This document shows, one piece after another, positions 17,612 through 27,897 of a DNA stretch of 64,000 nucleotides (within the stretch, counting starts at the first letter, position 1; each line of letters opens with the position of its first letter). The notes beneath the pieces were generated by a model that made no database searches, had not been told where the DNA came from, and saw nothing but the letters and a program-made list of their open reading frames with translations. Both the position numbers and the translations under genes were made by a program. The DNA is from a virus. The stretch is from the IMG/VR virus record IMGVR_UViG_3300032315_000774, positions 64,001 to 128,000 of that record; one strand, 5' to 3'.

Positions 17612-18577
17612 TCACTCCAGCACCGTGCCGACAGGGCAAGGAAGCATGAGGCTGCCCATCGTCCGATAGCGCATCGTGCCTGTTTCTGCAGGGTCACCGT
17701 AGTTGAAGTTGGTAGGGTTGTTGCCGCCGATCGCGAGCACGTCCGTCAACGTGCCCAAAGGACGGCCACCAGAAACAGTTGCGACGTTGTTCGTGAAAGA
17801 GATCGGAAAGCCAGGCATCCGAGCTGTGTTGTCGATACCGTTCGTCAGCTGCGTCAAGCCTGTCGCGACAGAGATCAACGTTGTAGACGCCAACGAAGTC
17901 ATCGTCGTCGCCGTGTTTGCGACGAGTGGAGTCCAGCTGGTGATGTTGTTCGGTGTCGAGCTGCTGTTGAGGATGATGAAGCGGTTCGTCTGTGTCGACG
18001 TCGTCAGGTCGAACAAGCAGAAGCCACCCTGGTTGTTGGTGTCGACCAACAGCTTGTCCATCACGAAGATGTCGCCTGTCGCGTTCTTCCAGATGTTCAA
18101 ACGGAACGCACCGACTGTAGAGTTCGACCGCAAGGTGATCGAGACGCTACCGCTCTGACCCGTTGCTGTGGGCAGCACCGTCGTCGAACCACCTGTGAAC
18201 TGGTTCGGCGCGACGAAGATGACGAAGCCAAGTGGGTTCAGTGGTGTTGTCGACTCGGCGACCATCAGCCAGTAGAGGCGTCCTCCGCCGAACACGTTGC
18301 CGAAGCCTGCGGGCGCTGTCCCTGTGGCCCATGAACGCGCGTTGCCTGTCGAGTTGAAGACGACGGCACCCGCACCGACACCCGTGATGAGATCGCTGTC
18401 AGCGAAGCTGGTGCCGTTCGACGAGCGTGTGATGACCGATGCCCCTGAGCCTCCGACGTTCTGCACCATCCAATAGAGGATGCGGTAGAAGGTGTACTGC
18501 ATCGTGCCGAGGCCCGTTGTTGCGCCTCCACAGTCGTTGTTCAGATCGGTGTCGAAAGCGACGCTAGGAGTGACCAC
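17612..18577 (-). CDS. Virion structural protein, receptor-binding candidate
   Basis: T/N/S/G-rich beta protein immediately after the baseplate J-like gene. Confidence 0.65.
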   Translation of the reverse strand: MVTPSVAFDTDLNNDCGGATTGLGTMQYTFYRILYWMVQNVGGSGASVITRSSNGTSFADSDLITGVGAGAVVFNSTGNARSWATGTAPAGFGNVFGGGRLYWLMVAESTTPLNPLGFVIFVAPNQFTGGSTTVLPTATGQSGSVSITLRSNSTVGAFRLNIWKNATGDIFVMDKLLVDTNNQGGFCLFDLTTSTQTNRFIILNSSSTPNNITSWTPLVANTATTMTSLASTTLISVATGLTQLTNGIDNTARMPGFPISFTNNVATVSGGRPLGTLTDVLAIGGNNPTNFNYGDPAETGTMRYRTMGSLMLPCPVGTVLE

Positions 18578-18580
18578 TGC

Positions 18581-19969
18581 TCACCTCGGAGTCACGACGA
18601 GCACACCGCCGTCGAAGGTTGGATGCTGATTCGGCGCGAAGGCGATGTCGGCGACACCTGCATCGACCGCGCGTGAAAACTGAATGAACGTCAGGTTGTT
18701 GACAGCCGAGACCGCATTCCGCACGGCATTGTTCACGTCGCTGACTTCCAACGGTTCGCCCTGTGGTGACGCGAGCACGAACGCCTGGATCGCCGCGAGA
18801 ACCGCTTGCTGTGTCGCGACCGGCGAGAAGCCTGAGCGTGTCGTGAAGTCAGCAACGACCGCGATTGGCACACCGACACCACGTCTGTAGAGGAGATCTT
18901 GTCCTACGACTGTGTCGTCTGGACTGGCGTTCGTAGCCTGCATCTGTCGAATGAGTGCGTCGTAGTCGTAGTCGATCGTCACGAGCCCACCGGGCGCAAG
19001 AGGAGCTGCAGGCGTCCGAAGGAAGCGGATGCCGTCGAGCGCGCGTGTCGAGCCCGACAGTGGACCGTCGTCGAACACGACCTCGTAGTCGGTCCCCTCG
19101 ACGTATGTCGTCGCGCCTGCGGTGACGCCGTTGACGCGAAGCATGGGTGGCAAGCTGACGCGAATGAGCTGTCCGACGCCGTAGTATACGTTCTGCTCGG
19201 TGCGCTGCACGCTCTGCCCGTTGCGCACGAAGACGTCCACAGCTCCAGGCTGTGCACGCTCTGGAAAGCGCTCCACGTACACAGAACCGGCTGCGTTGAA
19301 TCCTGTGAGCGCGTTACGCTTGATCCCTGATGGTGTCGCCAGCTGGCGCCCTTGCACAGACAGGAAGAACAAGTCCACCAGCTGTGCGTTCGAGGTCTCG
19401 CCGTCACCGCCGATCGCAGCTGCAGGGTTGGTCACGGCCGAGAAGCCATTCAGCGGGATCAACGGACGCGTGAGCCTGTTCGGGCCGACGCGACTCTCGA
19501 CGCCTGGGCTGACGGCAACAGCTTGCACGCGAAGACGCCACAAGCCGTTCTCCAGGGGAGCGCCGAACGGAAGTGACGCTGCTTCTGTCGTCACGAAGAC
19601 GATCGTCGAGGTCGCGTCACGGACGCCGATAGGCGTGCCACGTGCGACAGGCAGTCCTGCAAGCGGTGGCGCGACCGAGCTTTGGAACTCCAGCGTGACC
19701 GTCGCGTTGGTCCCCGGGCTTGCGATGATGCCCTCGTTCGAGACGATGGCACGGATCTCTTCCGTTGCATCGAGGTCGAGTGCTTCGACCAAGCTCTGGA
19801 CCTGCGAAAGGTCTGCGACGTCAGCACTGAGCTGACCAAGGACGATGGATTGAGGAAAGAGCGACGAGTCGTAGATGGGTCCGTACGTCGTGTCGAGCTG
19901 GTTGTTCGGAACGGTGGCTTGCATTCGAGCAAGCCACTGCGCAGCGGGTACGGCTTCGAATGGCATCAC
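18581..19969 (-). CDS. Baseplate J/gp47-like wedge protein
   Basis: ATVTLEF..GTPI..FVTTE, SAVTNPAAAIGGDGETSNAQL, GAVDVFV. Confidence 0.88.
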   Translation of the reverse strand: MMPFEAVPAAQWLARMQATVPNNQLDTTYGPIYDSSLFPQSIVLGQLSADVADLSQVQSLVEALDLDATEEIRAIVSNEGIIASPGTNATVTLEFQSSVAPPLAGLPVARGTPIGVRDATSTIVFVTTEAASLPFGAPLENGLWRLRVQAVAVSPGVESRVGPNRLTRPLIPLNGFSAVTNPAAAIGGDGETSNAQLVDLFFLSVQGRQLATPSGIKRNALTGFNAAGSVYVERFPERAQPGAVDVFVRNGQSVQRTEQNVYYGVGQLIRVSLPPMLRVNGVTAGATTYVEGTDYEVVFDDGPLSGSTRALDGIRFLRTPAAPLAPGGLVTIDYDYDALIRQMQATNASPDDTVVGQDLLYRRGVGVPIAVVADFTTRSGFSPVATQQAVLAAIQAFVLASPQGEPLEVSDVNNAVRNAVSAVNNLTFIQFSRAVDAGVADIAFAPNQHPTFDGGVLVVTPR

Positions 19970-20376
19970 ACGCTCCCACTTCGCGTGACGGTCGCACGCG
20001 GGTCTTCACTGTTGATGGCGACCGAGAATGCGTAGTTCACCTTCTCGACCGGAGGTTGCACACGCAGCGTAGCGATGCCTGCGACACGTTCTCGAAGAGA
20101 CCGCACTGCACGTTGACGTTGCTGCAGAACTTGCCACCGTTGGATCGCAGAACGAATGCGGCTGTCGAGTGCTGCAGCGATCGTGGTCGGTACACCAACC
20201 GTTCCGATGACGCTCTCCAGCCCTGCTCCGAATCCGTTCGGCATCGGATTGATCGTCAGAAGTTCACTGAAGTCTTGACCGAGCTTCGGCAAGTCAGACA
20301 CCAGCTCGGTCGTGCCTGCCGGAGAGATGACCCAGTCACCGTTCACGATACGGAACGTCTGGCTCATGTTCGACAC
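19966..20376 (-). CDS. Baseplate gp25-like protein
   Basis: FRIVNGDW..KLGQD..FGAGL pattern; position before J. Confidence 0.7.
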   Translation of the reverse strand: MSNMSQTFRIVNGDWVISPAGTTELVSDLPKLGQDFSELLTINPMPNGFGAGLESVIGTVGVPTTIAAALDSRIRSAIQRWQVLQQRQRAVRSLRERVAGIATLRVQPPVEKVNYAFSVAINSEDPRATVTRSGSV

Positions 20377-20810
20377 TCCTGGAGAACGGTCTTCGCTCGT
20401 CGGATGCCAGATAGGCCGAGATCGAGTTCGAGGATGTCAGCTTGGAGCTTGTCTCGCCACGCGAGCTGTCGACGCAGACGTGTCTGCAGAGCTTGTAGAG
20501 CTTGCAGTGGTTCTGAGAACGACAGCGCCGTCTGTACGGCTTTCGAGAAGTCGCCCAGCTCTACGCAGCTGCGCGCGACGGACGAGTCGAACGGGACGAG
20601 GTTGCTGAACTGCGCGAGGCCGCCTGCGACTGCCGCCAAGGCAGACTCGGACACCTGAAGCGGGATCAACACGACATCCACGACCGCGAGCTGTGCCGCG
20701 ACCTGTGCGCGTGCGACTTCGATCGCACCTTCGAGTGTTGTCAGCACGCCGACGATCGCCGCCCGAACAGGGGCTGACAGCGCACAGAGTACGATCTGCG
20801 AACAATCCAT
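20364..20810 (-). CDS. Hypothetical helical baseplate-region protein
   Basis: Start MDCSQIV 2 nt after the upstream stop. Confidence 0.65.
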   Translation of the reverse strand: MDCSQIVLCALSAPVRAAIVGVLTTLEGAIEVARAQVAAQLAVVDVVLIPLQVSESALAAVAGGLAQFSNLVPFDSSVARSCVELGDFSKAVQTALSFSEPLQALQALQTRLRRQLAWRDKLQADILELDLGLSGIRRAKTVLQECRT

Positions 20811-20812
20811 GC

Positions 20813-21268
20813 TCAGCTCCAGGGAAGTTGGATTGGCGCACCGAACAACCCGGTGCGCATCCAGGGATCGACAACAGCTGCTATCGTCTGAGCGACGACT
20901 CGCGGATCGACCTGCGGTACGACTAGACCTAGCACGAGCGGACCCGCTGGCGGAAGCGCTGTCGGTGTCGCAGCCGCGAACGCCGCGACACCTGCCACGA
21001 TCGCAGGTTCCAGCGATGGGACAACCCCTGTTCCTACGAAGGCCCCTCGAAACGCGCTCAGAGCCGCTGGCGTCGCAGGGGGTAGGGCCGCCTGGCCCAA
21101 GTAGCGTTCGAAGGCTGTGGCCCAGTTCTGCGCTGCCAGGATGCGTGAGCTGATCGGGTCCACGACCCCATTGATCGACAAGATCGGCCACCCCACGAAG
21201 TCTGGCCGCGAGCTGTCGATGACCGCGAGCACCGCCTCGAACAAGGTCGCAGGGGTCAGCGGCATCAC
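20813..21268 (-). CDS. Hypothetical virion protein following the spike gene
   Basis: GTGA overlap; Ala/Pro-rich. Confidence 0.65.
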   Translation of the reverse strand: MMPLTPATLFEAVLAVIDSSRPDFVGWPILSINGVVDPISSRILAAQNWATAFERYLGQAALPPATPAALSAFRGAFVGTGVVPSLEPAIVAGVAAFAAATPTALPPAGPLVLGLVVPQVDPRVVAQTIAAVVDPWMRTGLFGAPIQLPWS

Positions 21269-22278
21269 CGGATCTCCAACGTCGCGGACAGCTCGACACC
21301 TTCACGCAGCGGCATCAGCGCAGGCCCACTCGGACCGAACGCCGTCGCGACGGACAACTGCGTGGTCAGCCACAAGCTCAGCGCGCGCCCTCGCACCGCC
21401 ACGTCGTCGGCAGGCCCACCGGCGTTGAGGATGATCCTCGGCGCGGTGTAGCTCTGTGACAAGATCGCGCTCTGCTCGAACGCGCCCGTGGTGTCGACCT
21501 GACGCGTGAAGACCTCGGCTCCAGCTGCGTTCCACGCTTGTTCACGCATGCGCGTGAAGCCTGCACCAGGACCTACGAGAGATGAGCCAAGCGCATCACG
21601 CAAGTCGCCTGCTTCGATCTTGTAAGCATCCTGTACGACGCCGGTCGGGAGCTGAGCACCAACACGCACGACCACGCGCTCAGGTGTGGACATCGACCCC
21701 ACGTTCGGGACGACGCCGCTTCGGTCGACACCGATCGCGCTCCCGTAGGTCTCGATCCGCACGACTTCAGCGCTCTCGACGACCACGCTCTGCGTGTTCG
21801 CGTCAAGCGTCACGGAGAGGTTCTGAGCTTCGATGATGCCTCGACCGTCGCGTGTGAAGTAGTAGCCTGCGCCGCCACTGCTTCGGAGGTCATGCTCTCC
21901 AAGCTGAAGCGGACGGAACGCGCGCAGCTTGCCTTCTGCCGCAAGCTGGTTCTTGAGCTGGTAGCCTCCGTCGAACACAGAGCGGTCGCTCGAACCTGGC
22001 AGCTCAAAGCCTACGACTTTGGGTCGGTTGTTCGGGTCGAACGCGACCTTCACGTACGTGAACGCTTCTGGCATGTACCGCGCCCACGACGACCGAACAC
22101 CGTTCGCCGAAAACTTGATCGGTACAGTGACCTCTACAGCCAGCGGGATGTCGTTCAACTGAACATTGAGCAGACCTGTGTTCGGGTCGACGTTCAGAAC
22201 CTGGCCGACCATGACGCGCGAGAACGCGTCGTAGCGGTCGACGTTGTTGCTGTGCTCGTTCGGGCTACGCCTTCTCAT
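21265..22278 (-). CDS. Baseplate central spike (gpV/gp5-like OB fold)
   Basis: GQVLNVDP..LLNVQL..RYMPE..VKVAF; follows the hub gene. Confidence 0.75.
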   Translation of the reverse strand: MRRRSPNEHSNNVDRYDAFSRVMVGQVLNVDPNTGLLNVQLNDIPLAVEVTVPIKFSANGVRSSWARYMPEAFTYVKVAFDPNNRPKVVGFELPGSSDRSVFDGGYQLKNQLAAEGKLRAFRPLQLGEHDLRSSGGAGYYFTRDGRGIIEAQNLSVTLDANTQSVVVESAEVVRIETYGSAIGVDRSGVVPNVGSMSTPERVVVRVGAQLPTGVVQDAYKIEAGDLRDALGSSLVGPGAGFTRMREQAWNAAGAEVFTRQVDTTGAFEQSAILSQSYTAPRIILNAGGPADDVAVRGRALSLWLTTQLSVATAFGPSGPALMPLREGVELSATLEIR

Positions 22279-24356
22279 CGCGGTCTCCAGATGCCTTCGG
22301 CCAGCAGACCAATGCTTCCGTACACGGCTGACGTTCGACCTGGAACTTCTGCCTGCTCCAAGCGGCGAACGTAGTTCACGCCAACGGACATGCTCATCGC
22401 CTTGGCGTTCCAGTCGACCCGAAGTGTCGAGCTGCGAACCGTCGCCATGAAGTCTTCATCTTGAACGTGAATCGGACGGTTTGGCCCGATCGACAGCTCC
22501 GGCAGATACGTCACCTGCACGCTATCTGCGTCGGCGTTCGCTTGGTTCAAGCGTACGTTCAGGAACAGTTCTGCGGTCTCCGGAGAAGAGATCCATCCGA
22601 AAGGCTCAACAGCTTGATAGCGAACACCGTACATCAGAAACGACGAAGGTCGCGACAAGCTGATCGTGTTGACTTCATGCTTTCCGCTCTCTGCTAGACC
22701 GTCGATCCAGTAGAACTGAGTGGCGACTTGATTGACTACTTTGGAGTCGTCGATCGACGACTCGGTCGTGATCAATGCGTCTGTCGTAATCTCCCATGGC
22801 GCTCCGTAGTCGCCAAAGTCCGAAGGCTTCGTGTCATAGAACGGGAACTCGACACAGATGTCGCCTCGCCCGGTCGCGAAGATCGTGAAGTCCACGCGCT
22901 TCAAGATGTCGAAGAGGTAGTCGAGCCGAGTCGAGTATGCGCCGCCGAGTGCGAACGACTTGATGAGGTCTTTGAGCAGAATGCCCTGCTCGACTTGCGA
23001 CTGCGCGAAGAATGGAATCGTCAGGTACACACCACCGAAGTCGACAGGATACTTGTCGGGTCGAGAACCGATCGCTGTGATGACGTCGTCGATTGACACC
23101 AGGTCGAAAGCACCGAATCTTGTCGGATCGTCAGCGAAGTCGGGGTCCGTGTCCGGCAAGCGCATGTTCACGAGGTCACTGGTTTTGACCGCTGTGTCGA
23201 CGGTGCGCTGGTACGAGACCAAGTCTGTGTTCACGCGTGCAGGCACACCTTGCGCGCGACTAGGGATGTCGTTGAACGACGTCGGACCGAAGAAGAACTG
23301 CTCGGACTTCTTCGGGTCGAAGCTCCCGAGCACTGCTCCTACGTCCGCACGTTGCGTCGTGTCGCCGTTCACCGAGAATCGGCGGTATGCAGACGAGGTG
23401 CCCGTGATCGTCGAGATCGGCAAGATGGCTTGGTCTTGACTCCGAATCTGTACACCTGCTTGTGCTTGCCCGAAGAAGACGGTGTAGACGAGCTGCTCCA
23501 ACGACAAGTCGCTGAGCCCATCTTGCATCGCGCTCAGAACGGCCGCGTCGATCTGTGTCTGGAGCTGCACCTGGTTGAAGATACCAGGCGCGAAGCTCAT
23601 ACGTGCGCGTGCAGGAATGCGAAGCACGTCCTCGCAGAGGATCGTGACCGTCTGTTGATTGTTCTCGTCCGTTCGCTGCGTCGCACGTGTTACGAACCCT
23701 GAGAAGTCCCAGTACCACTCCTGCGTTGCCGGGTCTCGCACCGCTACACGCACGGGATCTTGAGCTGCCCACGTACACTGCCCGGGCTTCGGCTGATAGA
23801 TCGTGCTGTCGACGCTGTTCCCACCCGACTGTTGAATGTACGCACGCTGTCGGCGGCGCAGCGCCAGCACCGCCTCCTTCACAGGATCGCTCGCAGGCTC
23901 TGGTACTACTGTCGAGGAGTACAGACCTGTCGACGACTGACTCCACAGTTCTTCTTTCAAAGCATCTGTTGCTGCTTGAAGTTGTGCACGCTGCTCCGCA
24001 GACAGAGAAGATGGAACTGCTACAAGTTCTCCACGACGCGGAGCTGGACGTGGCTTACCAGCTTTTGCATCTTGTTGTGTTCGAGCTACTTGCTGAATCT
24101 GCTCACGTCGTACAGCAAAGAAGGACTGCGTTTCTGCAAACTCCGTGTTCAGCTCTTGATCAGCGAGACGAGCTTCGGTGAAGCGACGGAGGTCGTCGAC
24201 GGTGTAGACGTAGCGGTTGTTCGGGCTGGTGAGCGTCAGCTCGGCTGTCGACGGCGCGCGAGCGTCGTTACGGTTGCGCGTGTACGTCACGAAGTCGGGC
24301 GTCACCTCTTGCCCGAGCCAGAACACACGGATGCCTGGAAAGTAGTGCGTCTTCAT
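22275..24356 (-). CDS. Baseplate hub protein (gp27/gpD-like)
   Basis: STAELTL, FSGFVT..VTILCEDVL, MYGVR, PELSIGPNRPI; position. Confidence 0.75.
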   Translation of the reverse strand: MKTHYFPGIRVFWLGQEVTPDFVTYTRNRNDARAPSTAELTLTSPNNRYVYTVDDLRRFTEARLADQELNTEFAETQSFFAVRREQIQQVARTQQDAKAGKPRPAPRRGELVAVPSSLSAEQRAQLQAATDALKEELWSQSSTGLYSSTVVPEPASDPVKEAVLALRRRQRAYIQQSGGNSVDSTIYQPKPGQCTWAAQDPVRVAVRDPATQEWYWDFSGFVTRATQRTDENNQQTVTILCEDVLRIPARARMSFAPGIFNQVQLQTQIDAAVLSAMQDGLSDLSLEQLVYTVFFGQAQAGVQIRSQDQAILPISTITGTSSAYRRFSVNGDTTQRADVGAVLGSFDPKKSEQFFFGPTSFNDIPSRAQGVPARVNTDLVSYQRTVDTAVKTSDLVNMRLPDTDPDFADDPTRFGAFDLVSIDDVITAIGSRPDKYPVDFGGVYLTIPFFAQSQVEQGILLKDLIKSFALGGAYSTRLDYLFDILKRVDFTIFATGRGDICVEFPFYDTKPSDFGDYGAPWEITTDALITTESSIDDSKVVNQVATQFYWIDGLAESGKHEVNTISLSRPSSFLMYGVRYQAVEPFGWISSPETAELFLNVRLNQANADADSVQVTYLPELSIGPNRPIHVQDEDFMATVRSSTLRVDWNAKAMSMSVGVNYVRRLEQAEVPGRTSAVYGSIGLLAEGIWRPR

Positions 24357-24982
24357 CAGCGCGCCTGTTGAAGAAGTGTGAGCAGCTGGTCGACTTGGCT
24401 CGCTTCAGTTTCAGGTGCCACGACGAACGAGAAGGAGTACCGAGCCCGACTCGCGTCCTGTGCGTCTTCTGAGAACTCCATGACTGCTTCGTAGTGTCCT
24501 TGTACGCGGATCATAGAAGGGACTGTCAGTGACGTGAACTGGATGTACTGCCAGTTGAACGTGCCGTCAGGCAAACGCACAGGTTCACGCGTGAGCTGAT
24601 ACAAGTTCGTCCACAGCAACAGGCGCGCGTAGTTGTCGGGCGGCATCAACGGCTCGCTGGCCTGTACAGCAGGCGGACGGTCGAAGCCCAGGATCATCTC
24701 GCTGATCTTGCGCGAGATGTTGCCGGTCGACCCTTCGAAGCGCAGCGTGAGGATGTCTTGGTTGCGTCCTGCGCTGTCGGTCCAGTGAAAGAACTTCGCG
24801 CCTCCGCGTGTGTATACGGTCGTGATACGCTTCGGCTGTTGCCAGCTTACAGACCTCGGGTTCAACGACATCGAGACGACGGGCAGCAACGTCACGCCAG
24901 GCGTAGCGCCTGGATAGACGACAGGCAGAAGACTTGGCGTCTCGCGCAGCGTCGACGAGAACATGCACGGGATGCGGTCCAT
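24356..24982 (-). CDS. Tail tube initiator/baseplate organiser
   Basis: LNPRSV..TRGG..FEGSTG..YSFSFVV; immediately after the tape measure gene. Confidence 0.7.
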   Translation of the reverse strand: MDRIPCMFSSTLRETPSLLPVVYPGATPGVTLLPVVSMSLNPRSVSWQQPKRITTVYTRGGAKFFHWTDSAGRNQDILTLRFEGSTGNISRKISEMILGFDRPPAVQASEPLMPPDNYARLLLWTNLYQLTREPVRLPDGTFNWQYIQFTSLTVPSMIRVQGHYEAVMEFSEDAQDASRARYSFSFVVAPETEASQVDQLLTLLQQAR

Positions 24983-26997
24983 CAGTTACCTCGCGTAGCA
25001 GGCGCCTTCGAGCCACTCGGAGACTTCGACACAGGCACAATCTCCACCTTGATGCCGAAAGCTGTACCTTCGTCGTCGACCACTTCGTACATCTGGCCCC
25101 ACGGTCCGGAGACCTGCTGACCGCGAAGTGCTTGTTTGATCTTACCTGTGTCGGTCACACCTTGCGAAAGTTGCCGCTCAATGAGCTGCTTGATCGAATC
25201 TTCTACTCCTCTTTGGTTGAACTCGCGCGAGCGCTGCGCGACCAGCGCTCGGTACACTTCGTCCGTGTGAGGTGTGCTGCTAGGATCTGCGACGTCATCC
25301 ATGAGCCCAGAGAACGGTTTGAGCGTGTCGCTTCCAAAGTTCGCAAGGCTCCTGCCAAGTTCGTCAACGCTTTTGATCCTCTTCATCGCGCGTTGTCCCG
25401 CGCGTTCTCGTGTCGCAGCGTTGGTCGAGAAAAGATCAGGAAGATCGACGAGAGTTCGGAAGCCGTCGACCATGACCTTGAGCGTCAGCGCGCCGATCTT
25501 CACGATGTCCTGTTGCAGGTTTAGCATCGCGCGCTCGTACTTGCCCGTCTCGTCTGCGCGACGCTCGGATGCAGTCTGGAAGTCGAGCAGCGCCTTGCCT
25601 GAGACGTCCGTGCGCCCAGACATGAAGTCCCGATCGCGCATCAGCTTGACCGCTTGCCCTGATCCTTCGAGACCGAAACCAAGCGTTGACTCCAAGAACT
25701 TGCGAATGCGGCTCTCGTCTCCGCCGATGCGTGTCTGTGCGTCGTTCAAGATCTGGCGGAGGTTGGTGCTGAAGTTCTTGCCGTCGCGTGTGTTGAGACC
25801 GTCGCGCATCATGTATGCAGCGGCCAGCGGGTCCATGTTCGGATTCAGCTGACGCCCCAACACGCTGGCGTAGCCTTCGGGGAGGTTCGCGAGGCCACCT
25901 GCGATGCCTGCCATACCACGCAGCGCGAGCTGCGAGTTGGCTTCCGTCGAACCGCCACGTTCGCGCTGGTTGACGTCACGAAGACGCTCGTACACAGCGG
26001 TCAAGTCTTCGACGCTCTGACGCTGGATCTTCATCGTTGACGTCATCGACATCAGCGACCCCATCGTCGCGACTGTGTTGACGCCTGTGCCTTCGAGTGC
26101 ACGTGCGACTTTGTAGACACTGTTCGCTGCAGAGTCTGCAGCACGACCTGTTGTCGCGAACTCCTGTGCGATGAGGTCGCCGAACTGACCGGAACCCGCC
26201 TTGAAGTACGTGTCGAGCGCGACGCCCATGTCGGCGACGTTGGCGCCAGGCATCATCGTTGCGAGACCTGCACCTTCACCACTGATGCCGACCTTGGCCA
26301 ACGCAGAAAACGTCGGCACCAGCTCGCGAATCGCTGTAGGCACATCGACGCCCCATGTTCGCGCGAGGTTCTGCCCGCGCGCGTTCACGCGGTCGATGGT
26401 GGCTTGGCTCGTCTGCGCGACAGCATCGAACGTACGTGCAGCTTCGAACGCACGCGCGCGCCATGTCTCTTCGCCGCCCACGCCGTGCAGGAACAAGCCC
26501 AGCAACCCGCCTGCAGGAAGCACGCTGGTCAGCGAAGACGCTTGGCGTGCGAGGAACGCGCCCACGCCTTGATTGCCTGTAAGGCCAAGGACGTCGTTGC
26601 CGAGGAAGCGCTGCTTGGTGGTGTCGGTCAGGACACCGCCTTCGACATACGCGTCTCGGATGCCGCGCTTGATCGACGCGATACGCGCATCGAGCTTGGT
26701 GAAGTGAAGACCCATCGTGTCGAAGGTCTTCGAGACTTGACTGAGGTAGCGGTCGAGGTCCGTCAGAATCGGACCTGATGAGCGAAGCTCTCGGTTCAGG
26801 TCGACGGCTGTCTTGACGATAGCTCGTCCTTTGCTCGCCGCACGATCGAACTTCTGATCCATGTCCGTCACGCGGCGCGCGACGTCTGTCGCTCCCGCCA
26901 CGAACTTCGCACGCAACGCGTCGACGTTCTCAGCCATCATCTTGACGGCTTCGACCGCTTCCCGGATCTCGTCCGGTCGGATCATCTCATTCGCCAT
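24982..26997 (-). CDS. Tape measure protein
   Basis: 671-aa helical Ala/Gly-rich protein after the chaperone pair. Confidence 0.8.
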   Translation of the reverse strand: MANEMIRPDEIREAVEAVKMMAENVDALRAKFVAGATDVARRVTDMDQKFDRAASKGRAIVKTAVDLNRELRSSGPILTDLDRYLSQVSKTFDTMGLHFTKLDARIASIKRGIRDAYVEGGVLTDTTKQRFLGNDVLGLTGNQGVGAFLARQASSLTSVLPAGGLLGLFLHGVGGEETWRARAFEAARTFDAVAQTSQATIDRVNARGQNLARTWGVDVPTAIRELVPTFSALAKVGISGEGAGLATMMPGANVADMGVALDTYFKAGSGQFGDLIAQEFATTGRAADSAANSVYKVARALEGTGVNTVATMGSLMSMTSTMKIQRQSVEDLTAVYERLRDVNQRERGGSTEANSQLALRGMAGIAGGLANLPEGYASVLGRQLNPNMDPLAAAYMMRDGLNTRDGKNFSTNLRQILNDAQTRIGGDESRIRKFLESTLGFGLEGSGQAVKLMRDRDFMSGRTDVSGKALLDFQTASERRADETGKYERAMLNLQQDIVKIGALTLKVMVDGFRTLVDLPDLFSTNAATRERAGQRAMKRIKSVDELGRSLANFGSDTLKPFSGLMDDVADPSSTPHTDEVYRALVAQRSREFNQRGVEDSIKQLIERQLSQGVTDTGKIKQALRGQQVSGPWGQMYEVVDDEGTAFGIKVEIVPVSKSPSGSKAPATRGN

Positions 26998-27460
26998 CGA
27001 GCTTGACCTCTCGGACCGGGAAAAGCGCAAGCGCCTCTTCGTGCTTGCGCTGAGCTTCGGTGATCAAGGGCTGCATGTCGTCGCGATCGTCGTCGCTCGC
27101 GAGTTCTGCGCCTTCCGCCAACATCTTCGACATCTTCTCGAAGCTGTCTTCCTCTTCGATCGACCTCGCGACGACTGCCGTGTCGTTCCAGCGCTGCATG
27201 AGCTTCAACGTCTCGGGTTGCGCGAGCAAGATGCTCAGCGGAACGAACGGCACGTTGTCATCCGGACGGATGTTGAGCCCAAGGACTTTGATCAGCGTCT
27301 GCTCTAGCGTCTTCTGATCTTGTTCTTCGCGCATGCGCAGCGCGTGGTACTCGACATGCCACTGCTCTTCGGTCATGCGCCGAGCACTGGGGTCTGACAT
27401 GAGCACGCCCTTTCGAGCGAGGACATACGCGACGACGCCCCAGTGATCGTCGCTCGTCAA
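26987..27460 (-). CDS. Tail assembly chaperone C-terminal extension (probable -1 frameshift product)
   Basis: Open -1 frame begins at TCT TTT TGA at the end of the upstream chaperone gene. Confidence 0.7.
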   Translation of the reverse strand: MTSDDHWGVVAYVLARKGVLMSDPSARRMTEEQWHVEYHALRMREEQDQKTLEQTLIKVLGLNIRPDDNVPFVPLSILLAQPETLKLMQRWNDTAVVARSIEEEDSFEKMSKMLAEGAELASDDDRDDMQPLITEAQRKHEEALALFPVREVKLDGE

Positions 27461-27897
27461 AAAGACTTGATGTCTCTGAGCGCGACCTTCTTCTCGTTCA
27501 CGAGCGCCTTGTAGCTCTCGTACATCGCCGTCACGACTTCCGTGTCCTGTTCACCGAGCCACACGAACAGCTCGCGACGCGCCCAGCGCTCACGCGTCTT
27601 CGAGTCCGAGAGTGCGGTCGCCTCCATCGAGTTGGTGTCCGACGGCTCGAACAGCTCTGTCACCTTCTTCTCGTCCATCTCGACGATCGACATCGCCAAG
27701 CGCCCGCGCACCAGACGCTCGCTTGACTCCATCATCGACTCGGCGACGCCGACCATCGCGTTCGCTTCGTCTTCGTCAGCTTGGCTTAGCGTACGAAGAA
27801 GGATCTTCATCCCGAAGATCGTGCTCTCTCGCGTGAGAGCACCTGCGCTCATGACCTTCGAAAACTGCTTCAGTCTGTCGTGGACGATCGTCTTCAT
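27457..27897 (-). CDS. Tail assembly chaperone
   Basis: Between tube and tape measure; LRTLS..DE pattern; ends in a slippery TTTTT. Confidence 0.78.
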   Translation of the reverse strand: MKTIVHDRLKQFSKVMSAGALTRESTIFGMKILLRTLSQADEDEANAMVGVAESMMESSERLVRGRLAMSIVEMDEKKVTELFEPSDTNSMEATALSDSKTRERWARRELFVWLGEQDTEVVTAMYESYKALVNEKKVALRDIKSF

